Below are positions 12,939-25,692 of a stretch of DNA of 64,000 bases, one piece after another. Each line of letters starts with the position of its first letter. Within the stretch, counting starts at the first letter, position 1. The translations under genes and the position numbers were made by a program. The notes beneath the pieces were generated by a model. That model was not told the origin of the DNA. It saw only the letters and a program-made list of their open reading frames with translations, and did no database searches. The stretch lies in the NCBI GenBank assembly GCA_021613535.1, contig CP075494.1, forward strand, positions 1 to 64,000, written 5' to 3'. This stretch comes from Adineta vaga (lineage: Eukaryota; Animalia; Rotifera).

Positions 12939-13967
12939 TCAGCTATAAACGATAGTGTGAAGAATTGTGTCGTTTATTCTTAATATTTCCGTCACTGATC
13001 CATTATGAACTTCGCGTTGCACAAACGGATAAATATCAGCGAGATCAATACATTTTTGTGTTGTTACATCGGCAAATGTTTCATTTCGATGATCCCAATA
13101 GTTACTTACACAGTTTATTTCTATATCAAATGGTAAAAGATATAGCGGTTGATTCGGTGCTGGTAACCATAATTGACCAAATGGTCGCATAATCAATGGA
13201 AATATATATTGAAGTTCAACTAGTAATTGGTCTGGTCTATCATATAACCATATATGACTTCTGTTTGTTGCATAAAAAAAGATGTCAACAAACGGAAATG
13301 CCCAAGGAAATTTACTAACAGATGAGTTGTGTTTAAAATAAACTCTACAAAACTCACTTATTGGTTTTTTACTGTATACATAATAATGATAAGCAACAGA
13401 CGTATTATTCAAAGCATTGAGACCATCAAGTAAACGTAATCGATCTGTAATTAATATCATTATATCAGCATCATCATCCCATGGAATTAAATCATGATGA
13501 CGCCAAGAGCCTAACAATGTTCCACTATGCATCATATATGTTAAATTATATAGTCGACACATTCGATCAATAACTGTTAGAAGACGTATAATTTGTAAAT
13601 GTTGGCATGGAGTTATTTGTCGACGAAGAAGAACCGATGATCTCCATCGAGAATAATGATATGGTATGGAATGAGATTCATTTGAGTTTATTAATGGAGC
13701 GAAAAATTTTGGCTTCCTAAATATATTATGCTTATCATCAAGATGAAATGTTGATTCAATACATTCTATAGAGATATCATCGATTTTAATGGGTTTTCTC
13801 CTATTATGTGGCGACGTGTTGTCTAGTAGTGTATTTGTCAACGAGAATGACGAGTCCTCACACGAGAAACAAGAAATATGTTGTCCAAATCTCATTATGA
13901 TGAAAAATAAAGCAAATCCAATACTGAGCCATAGATATCGACTATTCTTTCCAAATAGATCACACAT
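12939..13967 (-). CDS. LicD/fukutin-family phosphoryl-transferase (type II membrane protein), single exon
   Basis: N-terminal TM segment, plus the LicD signature SGTLLGSWRHHDLIPWDDDADI, FVDIFF and IFPL..RPFG. Confidence 0.88.
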   Translation of the reverse strand: MCDLFGKNSRYLWLSIGFALFFIIMRFGQHISCFSCEDSSFSLTNTLLDNTSPHNRRKPIKIDDISIECIESTFHLDDKHNIFRKPKFFAPLINSNESHSIPYHYSRWRSSVLLRRQITPCQHLQIIRLLTVIDRMCRLYNLTYMMHSGTLLGSWRHHDLIPWDDDADIMILITDRLRLLDGLNALNNTSVAYHYYVYSKKPISEFCRVYFKHNSSVSKFPWAFPFVDIFFYATNRSHIWLYDRPDQLLVELQYIFPLIMRPFGQLWLPAPNQPLYLLPFDIEINCVSNYWDHRNETFADVTTQKCIDLADIYPFVQREVHNGSVTEILRINDTILHTIVYS

Positions 13968-14619
13968 TAGTTTTCTGAAACAGAAGTTTGTTCTGAGTTG
14001 GCTATCAAATAAACAGAACTCTCATCAATTTCATGAGGGTTTGGAACGCCATAAGAAACATCGATGGGAAAATATTTTTTGAAAATCCACATGATCTACA
14101 ACGAAATCTGTAAGAATAAAAGTTTCATTAATACACATCTCCTTTTTGAACGCATATCCAAGTGTCTCCAACCGATCTTTTACTGTAAGTAGACCTCTAA
14201 ACAGTGAACACTTTCTTTTCGTCGATTCAACAAAAAATATTCTATATTGTCGAAGCATGCACTATCATATTAAGCATCTGTAAAAAACGAAATGAAAGAA
14301 CAAAAGAACAGAGCATAGATTGGAAAGCGTTCATGCAAAAACTCTTGAATGATTTATTCATCAGAAAAAAATACATTGCATATACGATATAAAAGAAACA
14401 TGAATAGTCTAGAATGAGTTGAATGATTGGATATAAAAAAGCAGAATAATTGCTTATCCGCATTTGTGAGAATGACAACAAGACAAATATTAGGTGTAGG
14501 AAATGGAAAAAAATTCTCACAGTAAAGTAGCTAATGAGTATATAGTCTCAGTTGAATGTAAATCCAGCATTGGTAAGCACAAGTATGATCACACCGAAAC
14601 TTACGAACATGCTGACAAT

Positions 14620-14712
14620 CAGTGATGGGATTCGGTTTCATTTTTGTCGAACCGAACCGAATCGAACCGAAAAAGTTTTAAATTAAACCGAACCGAACCG
14701 ATCCCATCACTG
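14620..14712. mobile_element. 93-bp hAT-like miniature element
   Basis: Terminal inverted repeat cagtgatgggat...atcccatcactg with internal gaacc repeats. No clear TSD. Confidence 0.55.
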
Positions 14713-16586
14713 TTGTGCACTATATAGTGTTTCTATTGGACGTGAAGAACCAAAAATAACGAAATTATGCGATACAGAAAAGCACCCTAATAAATAAAGC
14801 GGAACAAGGCCTACGATAACTTCGTATACCGAGTTGATACAACTGATCCTTAGTCCACTGATATCCTACTCATCATATATCCCAAGGCACGCTGAAAAGA
14901 GAGAAGAAGGAAAAGAAATAGAGGTGTATGTCGTCAAAAGATTCTTGCTGAAGCAGCCGACTAGTAGCCGATGTTTACTATAACTGACGAGTTATACCTC
15001 TAAAAAGAAAAACGATCAAAGAATGAAGAAGAAAGGCGAAAATGATTAATTCTAAACATGTAGAGAGATAATATAACAACTAATTAGTAATACAATTGTG
15101 TCATGTGAACAAGAAAGGATGATGTTCGCGACATAAACAGCGTCGGAGGATGAAAAGCAAAAAATGGTGTCATGGATCAGTCGCAAAACAAGTATCTATG
15201 AGAGATAGATGGTTTTATAAATGAAAAGAAAAGCAATTATTACAAGATAGTTTTTTATTCTACGGTTTCTTCTCAAGGGTTTACTATTAAACCATTTTCC
15301 GAAGGGTCTATGAAGTAAAAACACCCTTTAAGGGTATATTACTGCTGATATAATCTAAACCGTTTATGAAAGTGCAACGTATAAAACACCTATTCTAGGG
15401 TTGATGAAGGAAAAGGGTATATGAAAGAGTTTATTTTACTAAAAGGGTATATGAACGGGTTTACGAAGTCAATAAACTCTTCCGAAGGATTTATTATTCT
15501 ACACTCACTTTTTACAGTGATAGACCACGTTTCATTGTACATACCAGAAATGGGACAAAATCCACCAATACACGCTCTAACTCCGCGCAGATCCGTCGAT
15601 TTGTTTGAAGAGCTCATACTCACTCGAACTGCAGCTTCATCTGCATCTAGGTTACCCTTTATATCACTTTGACTCTGTCTCTATCTCGGAAATCCCTTTC
15701 CAATTATATCTATGTACACCTCCACTCAAACTTCATTCTTATTCTGAAAATTCAATCTCAACTTTGGAGTTAAAGTTTAGGTAATTCACATACTGACAGA
15801 CTCAAGTCTTTTATTTTGGTCTTTCACACAGCAATGATAAGAAAGGATTTCTATTATGTCCTTAAAGAATGATATTTCATGAGCACTGACTTTTTAAGAA
15901 ACTATTTTATTACTCAATTGTTAGGGGCACGATTTTACATCCTTCATCTTGATGCTTTTTGCTCTTCATGTTGTTTCTATTCTCTTTCAATCGCTTCGTA
16001 ACTATGATGTGACCTATCTGTGAGCTACGCAAATACCGATACAAATTGTACTGCGTTTTGGCATTCATATTTCACAATAAAATACAACAAGCAAACATTA
16101 TTTCTCCAATACTACGATGTGGATTACAACTAAAAGATTTAGTTGTCATGTACTGCTCAATTTCAGGTATAAAACCTAGAATCGGTTAGCTTGTATTCTT
16201 TCAAATTGAACATGTTGTGGGTTGCAGATTATGATAATATATAGATATTGAAAAGTTCTTAGTGGGCGATACTGTTCTTCTATTTGACTTCAGAAAACAA
16301 CTTTGGCCCACAGATATTCTAAATTTGAAGAAAATGAGAATATTAGTAGTATGTCAAGTATGTATTTCAATATACATGCATAGAATGGAATGATAAAATG
16401 AAAATGCAAGTTAATATGTTCTAGACTTTTCAGATCCAAAGCATGACAGAGTACGCGACAGTGCAAGATTATTAATTGAAGAAATTTCTGTCGAATACAT
16501 GGAAATACAAGAATACACATATTGATAACTTAGGATTATCAGACTTCAGCACATGTAACTATGTAAGAGCATATGCGGTATATGTA

Positions 16587-17791
16587 CAGGCTTGCCAAAC
16601 GAAAATTTTAGAAATCAGGGATTTTTGAAAAAAAATCAGGAGTTTATCAGGAGAATTTTTCTTAGAAATCAGGAGAAAAACCAGGAGATTTTCTTTAGAT
16701 GTTCAAGAACGTTTATATAATTTTTACTGTACAAGTTACACTCATCTAAAAACTTGCTCAAATGTTTCTGGTAGAATCTATGTTCTTCACTGTTACTGAA
16801 CTTTTTATTCACCCAGTTTGCAAAAAATTGACCTTATATTCGAGCTCCACGACTTCAACTATTCGTCGGTGAATCCTTACCAAAAATTATTATTTTTTCG
16901 TAGAAGCAAAGATGTTTTTTTATCCAAAACAATACGATCTATTCTTTTCAAACTATTGTCAAATCCAGATTTCCTATCTTCTATTATCCTCTAGTCAAGT
17001 ATTAGCTTAAATAGTCTCTTTTGTTTTTATTTATCTTCCGATCAATCAGTGAAATGCGACCACTAAACAAGTAAATAATTTATTCTTGCAAAAATCCTTT
17101 TCTATGAGAATCAGAATAATATTTAACTTTTGCCTTTTGCCTTAGTGTTTGTCTATACCTTTACAGACGTGTCGCTCTTCTATTACAAAGTAACTAAAAG
17201 AATTCCATATAACTAAAGGAAACTGAAAGAAATGCTCATTTCACAAAATTTACTTCTATGTTTATTCTATGAATAATTATTAGCAAATGAATATTAACTT
17301 CTCGATTAATATAGAACAAAAAATAAAGCAGAAAGTATGTAATTAAGTAATTACTATTAAATTGGTGGCTTTTTTCAATGAGACTATATTTCTCTGAGTA
17401 TATTCGATTTAGTGAACACATAAACATAAAACTGTAGATGTCAAATGGGTGTTCATATAGTTTGGAATTCTACTTCAGCTGAAACATGTGTCATCTTGTT
17501 TCTGATTGTTGTCAAAAAAAAACATCATGTATCTAAAAACTAATTTAGAAAAAGCGTTCGACACAGAAATAGTTAATAAAATCTATTGAATTCTGCTTAT
17601 TTTCTCGTTTTCTCCACCAAATTTGTATAAACGAGAAGGTGTCTGTCAATTTCGACAAAGGGAAAGCAAAAATCAGGAGAAATCAGGAGAAAATGATGAA
17701 AATCAGCTCCTAATTTCAGGAGATTTTCAATCAGGAGAAAAGGTAAAAAACCAGGAGACTCCTGATCACATCAGGAGGTTTGGCAGCCCTG
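16587..17791. mobile_element. Non-autonomous hAT DNA transposon
   Basis: TIRs caggcttgccaaac / gtttggcagccctg, a perfect 8-bp TSD tatatgta (16579-16586 and 17792-17799), and subterminal tcaggag repeats at both ends. Confidence 0.88.
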
Positions 17792-18733
17792 TATATGTAG
17801 TATCTGGAAAACTGCATTACAATTTGTATGTTTATTTGTACATCTCTGATCCAGAACTAATAATACTCGTACTAAAGAATATCTGTGGGTATGCCTTTCT
17901 TGTTTTACGGTTCAAATATGCTTCTGTTATTGGTAAAACTTCATTCTATTTGCTTAGGTCGTACAAGGCAGAATAAAGATTCTCTTGGTAAAACACCTTT
18001 CGGGCCACTCTGTGTAAGAAAAAAGTTTTTAAAATTTGCTACCACACGTATAAAACTGAAGGGAGTTTCTTAATGTATGTTTTGCGTCGTTTACTTTACT
18101 GAGATCTTCTATTATTGATGCTTGGGGTCTTAATATGTGGCAGCGATTTAATATGTTCAAGGCTTTAGAGGAAAAAGATCTTCGACAGAGAATTTCTTTG
18201 GATGTCGGAATACATAAATTTGATCATTGTTCAGATTAACACTGTGTTCAACGTCAACTCTTCTTGATTATGATTTGTTTATTTTTCTAATTTTTCCTCT
18301 TTCGTTCTTCGTATTGCACTTTATGTTGCGGTGAATTTTTCTCTGTTCTATCATTTCCATAGGAAGATGATGGCATTGTTCTTCCTTGCAGAAAGGATTC
18401 AGCACATGGTGCTTTGTTTCCTCTTCCTTATAACCAACTTTGAGCATTTCGTTGTGTGTATTCAAAATCAATTTCACGTTCAGAATAATCTTCAGATTCT
18501 TGTTGATTCTTGTTCATTTCGCTTTCAGTTCTTTTCTAACATGATTCTACATTGTCATTGTTTGAATTCATATACCTTCTGTTCCGATCAAAATATTTTT
18601 GAATAATTCCACTATCAAACATTCAATCTTTGGCTTTCTGGCTTACATGAACATAATGGTTGTAATTATTCATGAATGTTTACATATACGATAAATAAAT
18701 TTATCAAGGAATACACGCTTTGCACACAGTATA

Positions 18734-19102
18734 CACTCTAAAAAAAATTTCAGTCTACCGAACCTTTTTAAGTTCTGCAGCAGCTACGGAACCTAAAATG
18801 GTTCTTCCCCTGGATACAATCGCGGAACCTTAGCTACGAAACCTTTTTAAGATCGGTGGGACTAAAAAAGGTTTGATGAGGAAAATACGAAACCATCTAC
18901 GTTTAAGGGGGATCGGTAATGGTTTCATACGAAACCTAGCTGGTTTTGTACATTCCTTATCAAACCTTTTTTAGTCCCACCGATCTTAAAAAAGTTACTT
19001 AGCTAAGGTTCCGCGATTGCATCCAGGGGAAGAACCATTTTCGGTTCCGTAGCTGCTGCAGAACTTAAAAAGATTCGGTACACTGAAATTTTTTTTGGAG
19101 TC
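18734..19102. mobile_element. MITE with ~150-bp TIRs and CACT-like ends (EnSpm/CACTA-like)
   Basis: Long near-perfect inverted arms (cactctaaaaaaaatttcagt.../...actgaaattttttttggagtc), flanked by TA on both sides. Confidence 0.75.
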
Positions 19103-19771
19103 TACCGGTCAACGGATGAAGAGGAACCATATGTCTACCTTTAACGTGTAAAAAAGATAAATGGCATTGAGATCTATCTCAATATTAAGTTTCAAAGCAA
19201 AACTTGAAAATGTATTTTTCCGATTTCTATCTGAGAATCACAACATTCAGTTATCTACTTTGATTAAATATTAAAACTGCTAATCGAATCTTCCGATAGA
19301 ACAATGAAGATTTCAGAAAATTATATGAAATAAATCATTCATACAATTTAATCGAAAATAGATGATATACCTCATTCCATCTACCCCAGGTATACTTCAT
19401 TGACTTGATCTCCAGATTCTCTTCGACAACATATTGATGACGTTTTCGTCAACGCAATCATTACGGATGCAATGGTAGAAATAGCTATTGGATATTGATG
19501 ACAAGAATAATATCATTCCACTTATCGTCTATTAAAGACTCGTGACAAACATATATAATTTTGCTTTCACCAAAATTACATCCTGTTAGGTGTACTGTAA
19601 AAGTATCCGTATGATCGATCTAGTCAATCATAAGTAATGCGAAAAAATCTGATCAAGCAATCACGAGTTCTTCGAAAAACTTACCTACCTTCCGCTTTAT
19701 AAATAATTCCATCCACGACTTATCTTTAAGTTCACTGAAATTATTTCACTGTGCCACACGTGATGGCCAAC

Positions 19772-21758
19772 CCACTTCCCTGTTAGTAGCAAGCGATCCC
19801 AGGGTGTGCCGATCCTGAACACCACACTTCCCTGTTAGTAGCAAGTGATCCCAGGGTGTGCCGATCCTGAACACCACACTTCCCTGTTAGTAGCAAGCGA
19901 TCCCAGGGTGTCCCGATCCTGAACACCACACTTCCCTATTAGTAGCAAGCGATCCCAGGGTGTGCCGATCCTGAACACCACACTTCCCTGTTAGTAGCAA
20001 GCGATCCCAGGGTGTGCCGATCCTGAACACCACACTTCCCTGTTAGTAGCTAGCGATCCCAGGGTGTCCCGATCCTGAACACCACACTTCCCTATTAGTA
20101 GCAAGCGATCCCAGGGTGTCCCGATCCTGAACACCACACTTCCCTGTTAGTAGCAAGCGATCCCAGGGTGTGCCGATCCTGAACACCACACTTCCCTATT
20201 AGTAGCAAGCGATCCCAGGGTGTCCCGATCCTGAACACCACACTTCCCTGTTAGTAGCAAGCGATCCCAGGGTGTCCCGATCCTGAACACCACACTTCCC
20301 TGTTAGTAGCAAGCGATCCCAGGGTGTCCCGATCCTGAACACCACACTTCCCTGTTAGTAGCAAGCGATCCCAGGGTGTGCCGATCCTGAACACCACACT
20401 TCCCTGTTAGTAGCAAGCGATCCCAGGGTGTCCCGATCCTGAACACCACACTTCCCTATTAGTAGCAAGCGATCCCAGGGTGTGCCGATCCTGAACACCA
20501 CACTTCCCTGTTAGTAGCAAGCGATCCCAGGGTGTGCCGATCCTGAACACCACACTTCCCTGTTAGTAGCAAGCGATCCCAGGGTGTCCCGATCCTGAAC
20601 ACCACACTTCCCTGTTAGTAGCAAGCGATCCCAGGGTGTCCCGATCCTGAACACCACACTTCCCTGTTAGTAGCAAGCGATCCCAGGGTGTCCCGATCCT
20701 GAACACCACACTTCCCTGTTAGTAGCAAGCGATCCCAGGGTGTGCCGATCCTGAACACCACACTTCCCTGTTAGTAGCAAGCGATCCCAGGGTGTCCCGA
20801 TCCTGAACACCACACTTCCCTGTTAGTAGCAAGCGATCCCAGGGTGTCCCGATCCTGAACACCACACTTCCCTGTTAGTAGCAAGCGATCCCAGGGTGTC
20901 CCGATCCTGAACACCACAGTAGCAAGCGATCCCAGGGTGTCCCGATCCTGAACACCACACTTCCCTGTTAGTAGCTAGCGATCCCAGGGTGTCCCGATCC
21001 TGAACACCACACTTCCCTGTTAGTAGCAAGCGATCCCAGGGTGTGCCGATCCTGAACACCACACTTCCCTGTTAGTAGCTAGCGATCCCAGGGTGTCCCG
21101 ATCCTGAACACCACACTTCCCTGTTAGTAGCAAGCGATCCCAGGGTGTGCCGATCCTGAACACCACACTTCCCTGTTAGTAGCAAGCGATCCCAGGGTGT
21201 CCCGATCCTGAACACCACACTTCCCTGTTAGTAGCTAGCGATCCCAGGGTGTCCCGATCCTGAACACCACACTTCCCTGTTAGTAGCAAGCGATCCCAGG
21301 GTGTCCCGATCCTGAACACCAACTTCCCTGTTAGTAGCAAGCGATCCCAGGGTGTCCCGATCCTGAACACCACACTTCCCTGTTAGTAGCTAGCGATCCC
21401 AGTGTGTCCCGATCCTGAACACCACACTTCCCTGTTAGTAGCAAGCGATCCCAGGGTGTCCCGATCCTGAACACCACACTTCCCTATTAGTAGCAAGCGA
21501 TCCCAGGGTGTCCCGATCCTGAACACCACACTTCCCTGTTAGTAGCAAGCGATCCCAGGGTGTCCCGATCCTGAACACCACACTTCCCTGTTAGTAGCAA
21601 GCGATCCCAGGGATGTCCCGATCCTGAACACCACACTTCCCTATTAGTAGCAAGCGATCCCAGGGTGTGCCGATCCTGAACACCACACTTCCCTGTTAGT
21701 AGCTAGCGATCCCAGGTGTCCCGATCCTGAACACCACACTTCCCTGTTAGTAGCTAGC
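19772..21758 (+). repeat. Tandem minisatellite, 52-bp unit, ~38 copies
   Basis: Unit cacacttccctgttagtagcaagcgatcccagggtgtcccgatcctgaacac (29/52 GC). Three recurring SNV sites and one internally deleted unit near 20915. No unique spacers. Confidence 0.97.
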
Positions 21759-24219
21759 ATCTGAGAGTGGTACTCGTATCGCTATCGATTGCTGTCTTAT
21801 GATGTTACAGAGTGGCCGTTAGTCACTGTACCGTAGTTTTTTTTCAGTTTCGTAATTATCGAATGCGGAAATAATATATGTGAGGAAAGGGAGCTGATAG
21901 GACAACAATTATTAAGAAAATTTGTGTTTCGACTGAGCTGAGGATTGAATTCAGATAAAGTGCGTACGGTGTGTCAAATAATATTTGTTGGCTTTTTTCT
22001 TTGATAGTAAAATGGATGGGCATGTGATTGATTGTTTTCATCTTATAACTCGCTGTAGGACGAACACGGCGGACGGGATTTCTTAGAAACATGGTGATGC
22101 ATTCATTTTTCTAGTATATTGGCCACTATTTACGTTCGAAATAATCATAAATCTGAGGCTCGCACAGTTTGTATTGACGATTGTGTATTGATACTAAAGG
22201 TAGAAAACATACATGGAAACTGCCGTTTATTTTAATGGTCTTAGTTCAAACAGAATCGAGTGTTTCTGCTTTTTGAAGTACATCTTTTAAAAGTAAATGT
22301 CAGCTAAAAAACTGTAAAACCACGGACAATACTTGTCTAACTGTACCTTAGATCGAACCTGGAACTGAATTGGTAGACCGATACCCAGCTAGGCGATTTG
22401 GTCTTGTCGAACCTTTCAGGCTGGTGTAGACAGATTTGATCGGCCTTATTGTCAAAATTTTGGGAATAGACTCTAAAATGATGCATTTTGCTCGTTTTTA
22501 TTGATTTTCACCACGTTAAACTAAAATATCAAAAACGATTTCTTGTTTTCGTACATGTTATATCAACTGCTGGTCTCTTGCAATTATGGAAATCTGCAAC
22601 AAACAAATATTAAAAGGACTAGATTAAAACCTTTACCAAAAAAACGATATTTTTTGCTGATTTTCACTTTATATTTTTATCGAGCAGAATTTTATAATTA
22701 AACTGACTCGATTTTACCAGTCTGATCAAGCATTTCAACCGTCCGTTCCGATTCGATAGAAAAAGCGAGGCCGGCTGGTCTAGTTTGATCCCGTCCAGTC
22801 TGACTATGGGTGTAACTGTTGTATTCAATTCTATCGTGAGAGAAGATCATATCTTTGATCTAATTCAACTCATTCACAAGTTATAAAGGTTGATTTCATA
22901 TCTAACAGATAATCAATAATGAATGTAAAAATGAAACGGTAAGAAAAGTAGCTAGAGTATATTCTATATTTATCTTTTGTAGTATATGTGTAATAATGCA
23001 TCAAAAAAAGTTCCAGAAAAAATCATATTGATCGATTTTGAAAAACTTATTGTTATGTTCTCGTAATGATATCTTCACTAATGCAAAAGTGGATGTTAGT
23101 CAGTATTATATCATTCTAATTCTAAACTTTGTGAGGGATGCCCTAGACGATTACAAAATATATGCCCTGCCGAAGTTGCACTTTTTGCCAAAGCTGGAAC
23201 TTCGACAGCGGGTGTAACTTCGGCACGCCATATATAAATTTAATAAGAACATCAGGTGAATTTGGATACATAAACATTGATCAGAGTTAGAATAGAAAAT
23301 AAAAGGAAATTGGTCAATAGAGAGTTTGGATATAACTTTTCGAGGTATATCGTTCAAAGCATAATATCAATACTTTATCATTTGTCTGAGATACACATGT
23401 CAAATAAAATATATTCGAGAATATTTACTTGTAATTAAGATATTCAATGAACATATATTTGAATAAATAAATGGAACAAAAATTGCAGCTGCAGAATTTT
23501 GTGTCTTTTAATTCATCTAGTCGGCATAAACGGCTGTTCTTCACATAATGTTTCTTATTATTGACGAGTATAAAGCGTTATTAAATAAAGTCGATGCATT
23601 TAATCCAGCAATTACACGTATCTGTTTATATAATTGAAAAAAAGGAAATATTCGTTGGAGCATGACAGAAAAACGAGCGAAAGGAAGCACATGGTTACCG
23701 ATTTTTTCTCTCCTGTATCAAAATGAATATGGTGAAACGATTGCTTCGTACGTAAAAGGAATAGATTAATCAATGCTTATATTCAATTTTTTGATAGATA
23801 TGAATCTTGAAATTGATCAATTTACGATATTCTTCTGAGGAAAATTTAAATAAATTCATTTTTCTACAGATGTTGAGGAACTATATGTTTAAATGAGAAC
23901 AAATTAGATGATATAAATAATTTATAATGCGATCACATAGGAAGAGTAACTTGAGTCTCGAATCTCGTGGCTTCTGCCTGAAATTTAGTTTTATTCAGTA
24001 AAATTCCACAAGATCCGACGACTTATTTGTCTCTTTTAAAATACTTTTCACATACAGTGGTAATAGAAGTTATTATACAATAATAAAAAAGTGCATGAAA
24101 ACAATTGTTTGATACTTATATGTGCTTCAGAAAAAAAAGACAAAAACAACGGAAAACAATCTTTCTGTATCAGGTCTATCGTATAGTGCAGTATTCGTTT
24201 CTAAGACATCATCAGATGA

Positions 24220-24764
24220 CACTCTAGAAAAAAGTACTTTACAGTACCCCAAAAAAGGTTCCATAGATGACAAAAAAGCTTCCAAATGATCTAAAATCTC
24301 GAAAGAAACCAACATGAAAAACAATGAAACTTTGAAGATTCCGATTTTGTATCCAGGAGAAGAACCATTGCTCCGAAACCTTTTTAAGTTCTAGATAGAC
24401 AGGAAAAACGTTCGGTAGGATAATACATAACCTTTAGGTTTTCTTCGAATCTGCCAAGGTTTCGTACAGAACCTTAAACGTTCCGCACAAACCCATACAA
24501 GATCACAAGATTCGATACGAAACCTTTGTGGCTTCGGAGAAAACCTAAAGGTTGTGTATTATCCTGTCGATCCTGTTTCTTATATATACGGAACTTAAAA
24601 AGGTTTCGGAGCAATGGTTTTTCCCCCGGGGCACAAAATCGGAACCTTTTAGATTTCATAGTTTTTGATGATGGTTTCTTTCGACATTTTAAATCATTTG
24701 GAAGCTTTTTGCCATTTACAGAACCTTTTTCGGGGTGCTGTAAAGTACCTTTTCTTTTAGAGTA
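24220..24764. mobile_element. MITE with long TIRs, related to the 18734-19102 element
   Basis: cactct...agagta ends with ~250-bp inverted arms and GA on both flanks (2-bp TSD). Shares the gaaccttttaagttc and gaagaaccatt motifs with the 18.7-kb element. Confidence 0.72.
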
Positions 24765-25692
24765 GACAAAACCGATAATAATTATGTACATGTACCTTTA
24801 TAAGCAGTTGTAGTTCCTTAGACATATTATCACCGCGTAATTCTGGAGATGAACGCTTTTTTCGGCCCCGGCTGTATAAACTAACCACAATAATGTGCAC
24901 CATATATGTAGCGCCACCTATCCGTTGAACAATATCTCGTGCACAATTGCTTAATCGTTCTATAATTAGTGAGAGAAATTGTGGAACAAGGGAAAAACTA
25001 TCTTTCTTCTTTCATTTTATTGCTATTTACTGCTATTGACTGACTACAAAAGTATTCGTAATCTCAGTCATACACTGCAGGAAGATATGAATTGAATATA
25101 GGCGGCGGAAGTCAGAGGCTCGGAAACTCCTGAGCCTCACTTAAATTTGACCTCTGTCGGCTCAGTCTCACCTAAATTATGAATCATATATTTTTTGCAC
25201 AATGATTTATCCTTATTTTATTATATGAATATTATTCGAAAACGTTTATTTATATGTTGTGGTAAAGAAAAATAAGAAATTCATACAATAATACTCTCGT
25301 TAACTATGTGGCTGTAGTTAATAACGGCATTTTTTATCTGATTTACATGAAGTGATAGGTACTAAACCAATTGTAGAACTATGTAATGAAAAGACATGAG
25401 AATTCTAGCTATATTCAGCTGTTCACTCTGTTTAATGAATTCAGTGAAATTCATCTGTTTTATTGTTTGAAATACTAGCAAATATATTAACTAAAATACA
25501 ATGTCAAACGAATTGATTGTATATTCATCTGAATGTCTAGGTTCTAAATTTTTAATAATGGCTTGGTTATTAACCTCCTGCATACCGATGAGTTTTGTAT
25601 TCTTAGAAAACTTTAAAAGAAAAAGAAACATCACTCTCTCTTGCGTTCAGTCACTCTATATCAGCTGCATACATGTGCCATATTTGAACATA

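Noticed and set aside
15270-15520. aagggt-rich stretch ending in tttttacagtg, a possible CACTG-ended MITE
   Set aside because: Only one terminus is recognisable.
17950-18700. Possible decayed coiled-coil gene on the minus strand
   Set aside because: The composition is coding-like, but there are stops in all frames and no recognisable motif.
19772-21758. CRISPR array or coding repeat
   Set aside because: Units are contiguous with no unique spacers and there are no cas genes. 52 is not a multiple of 3, and the ORFs here are short repeat translations.
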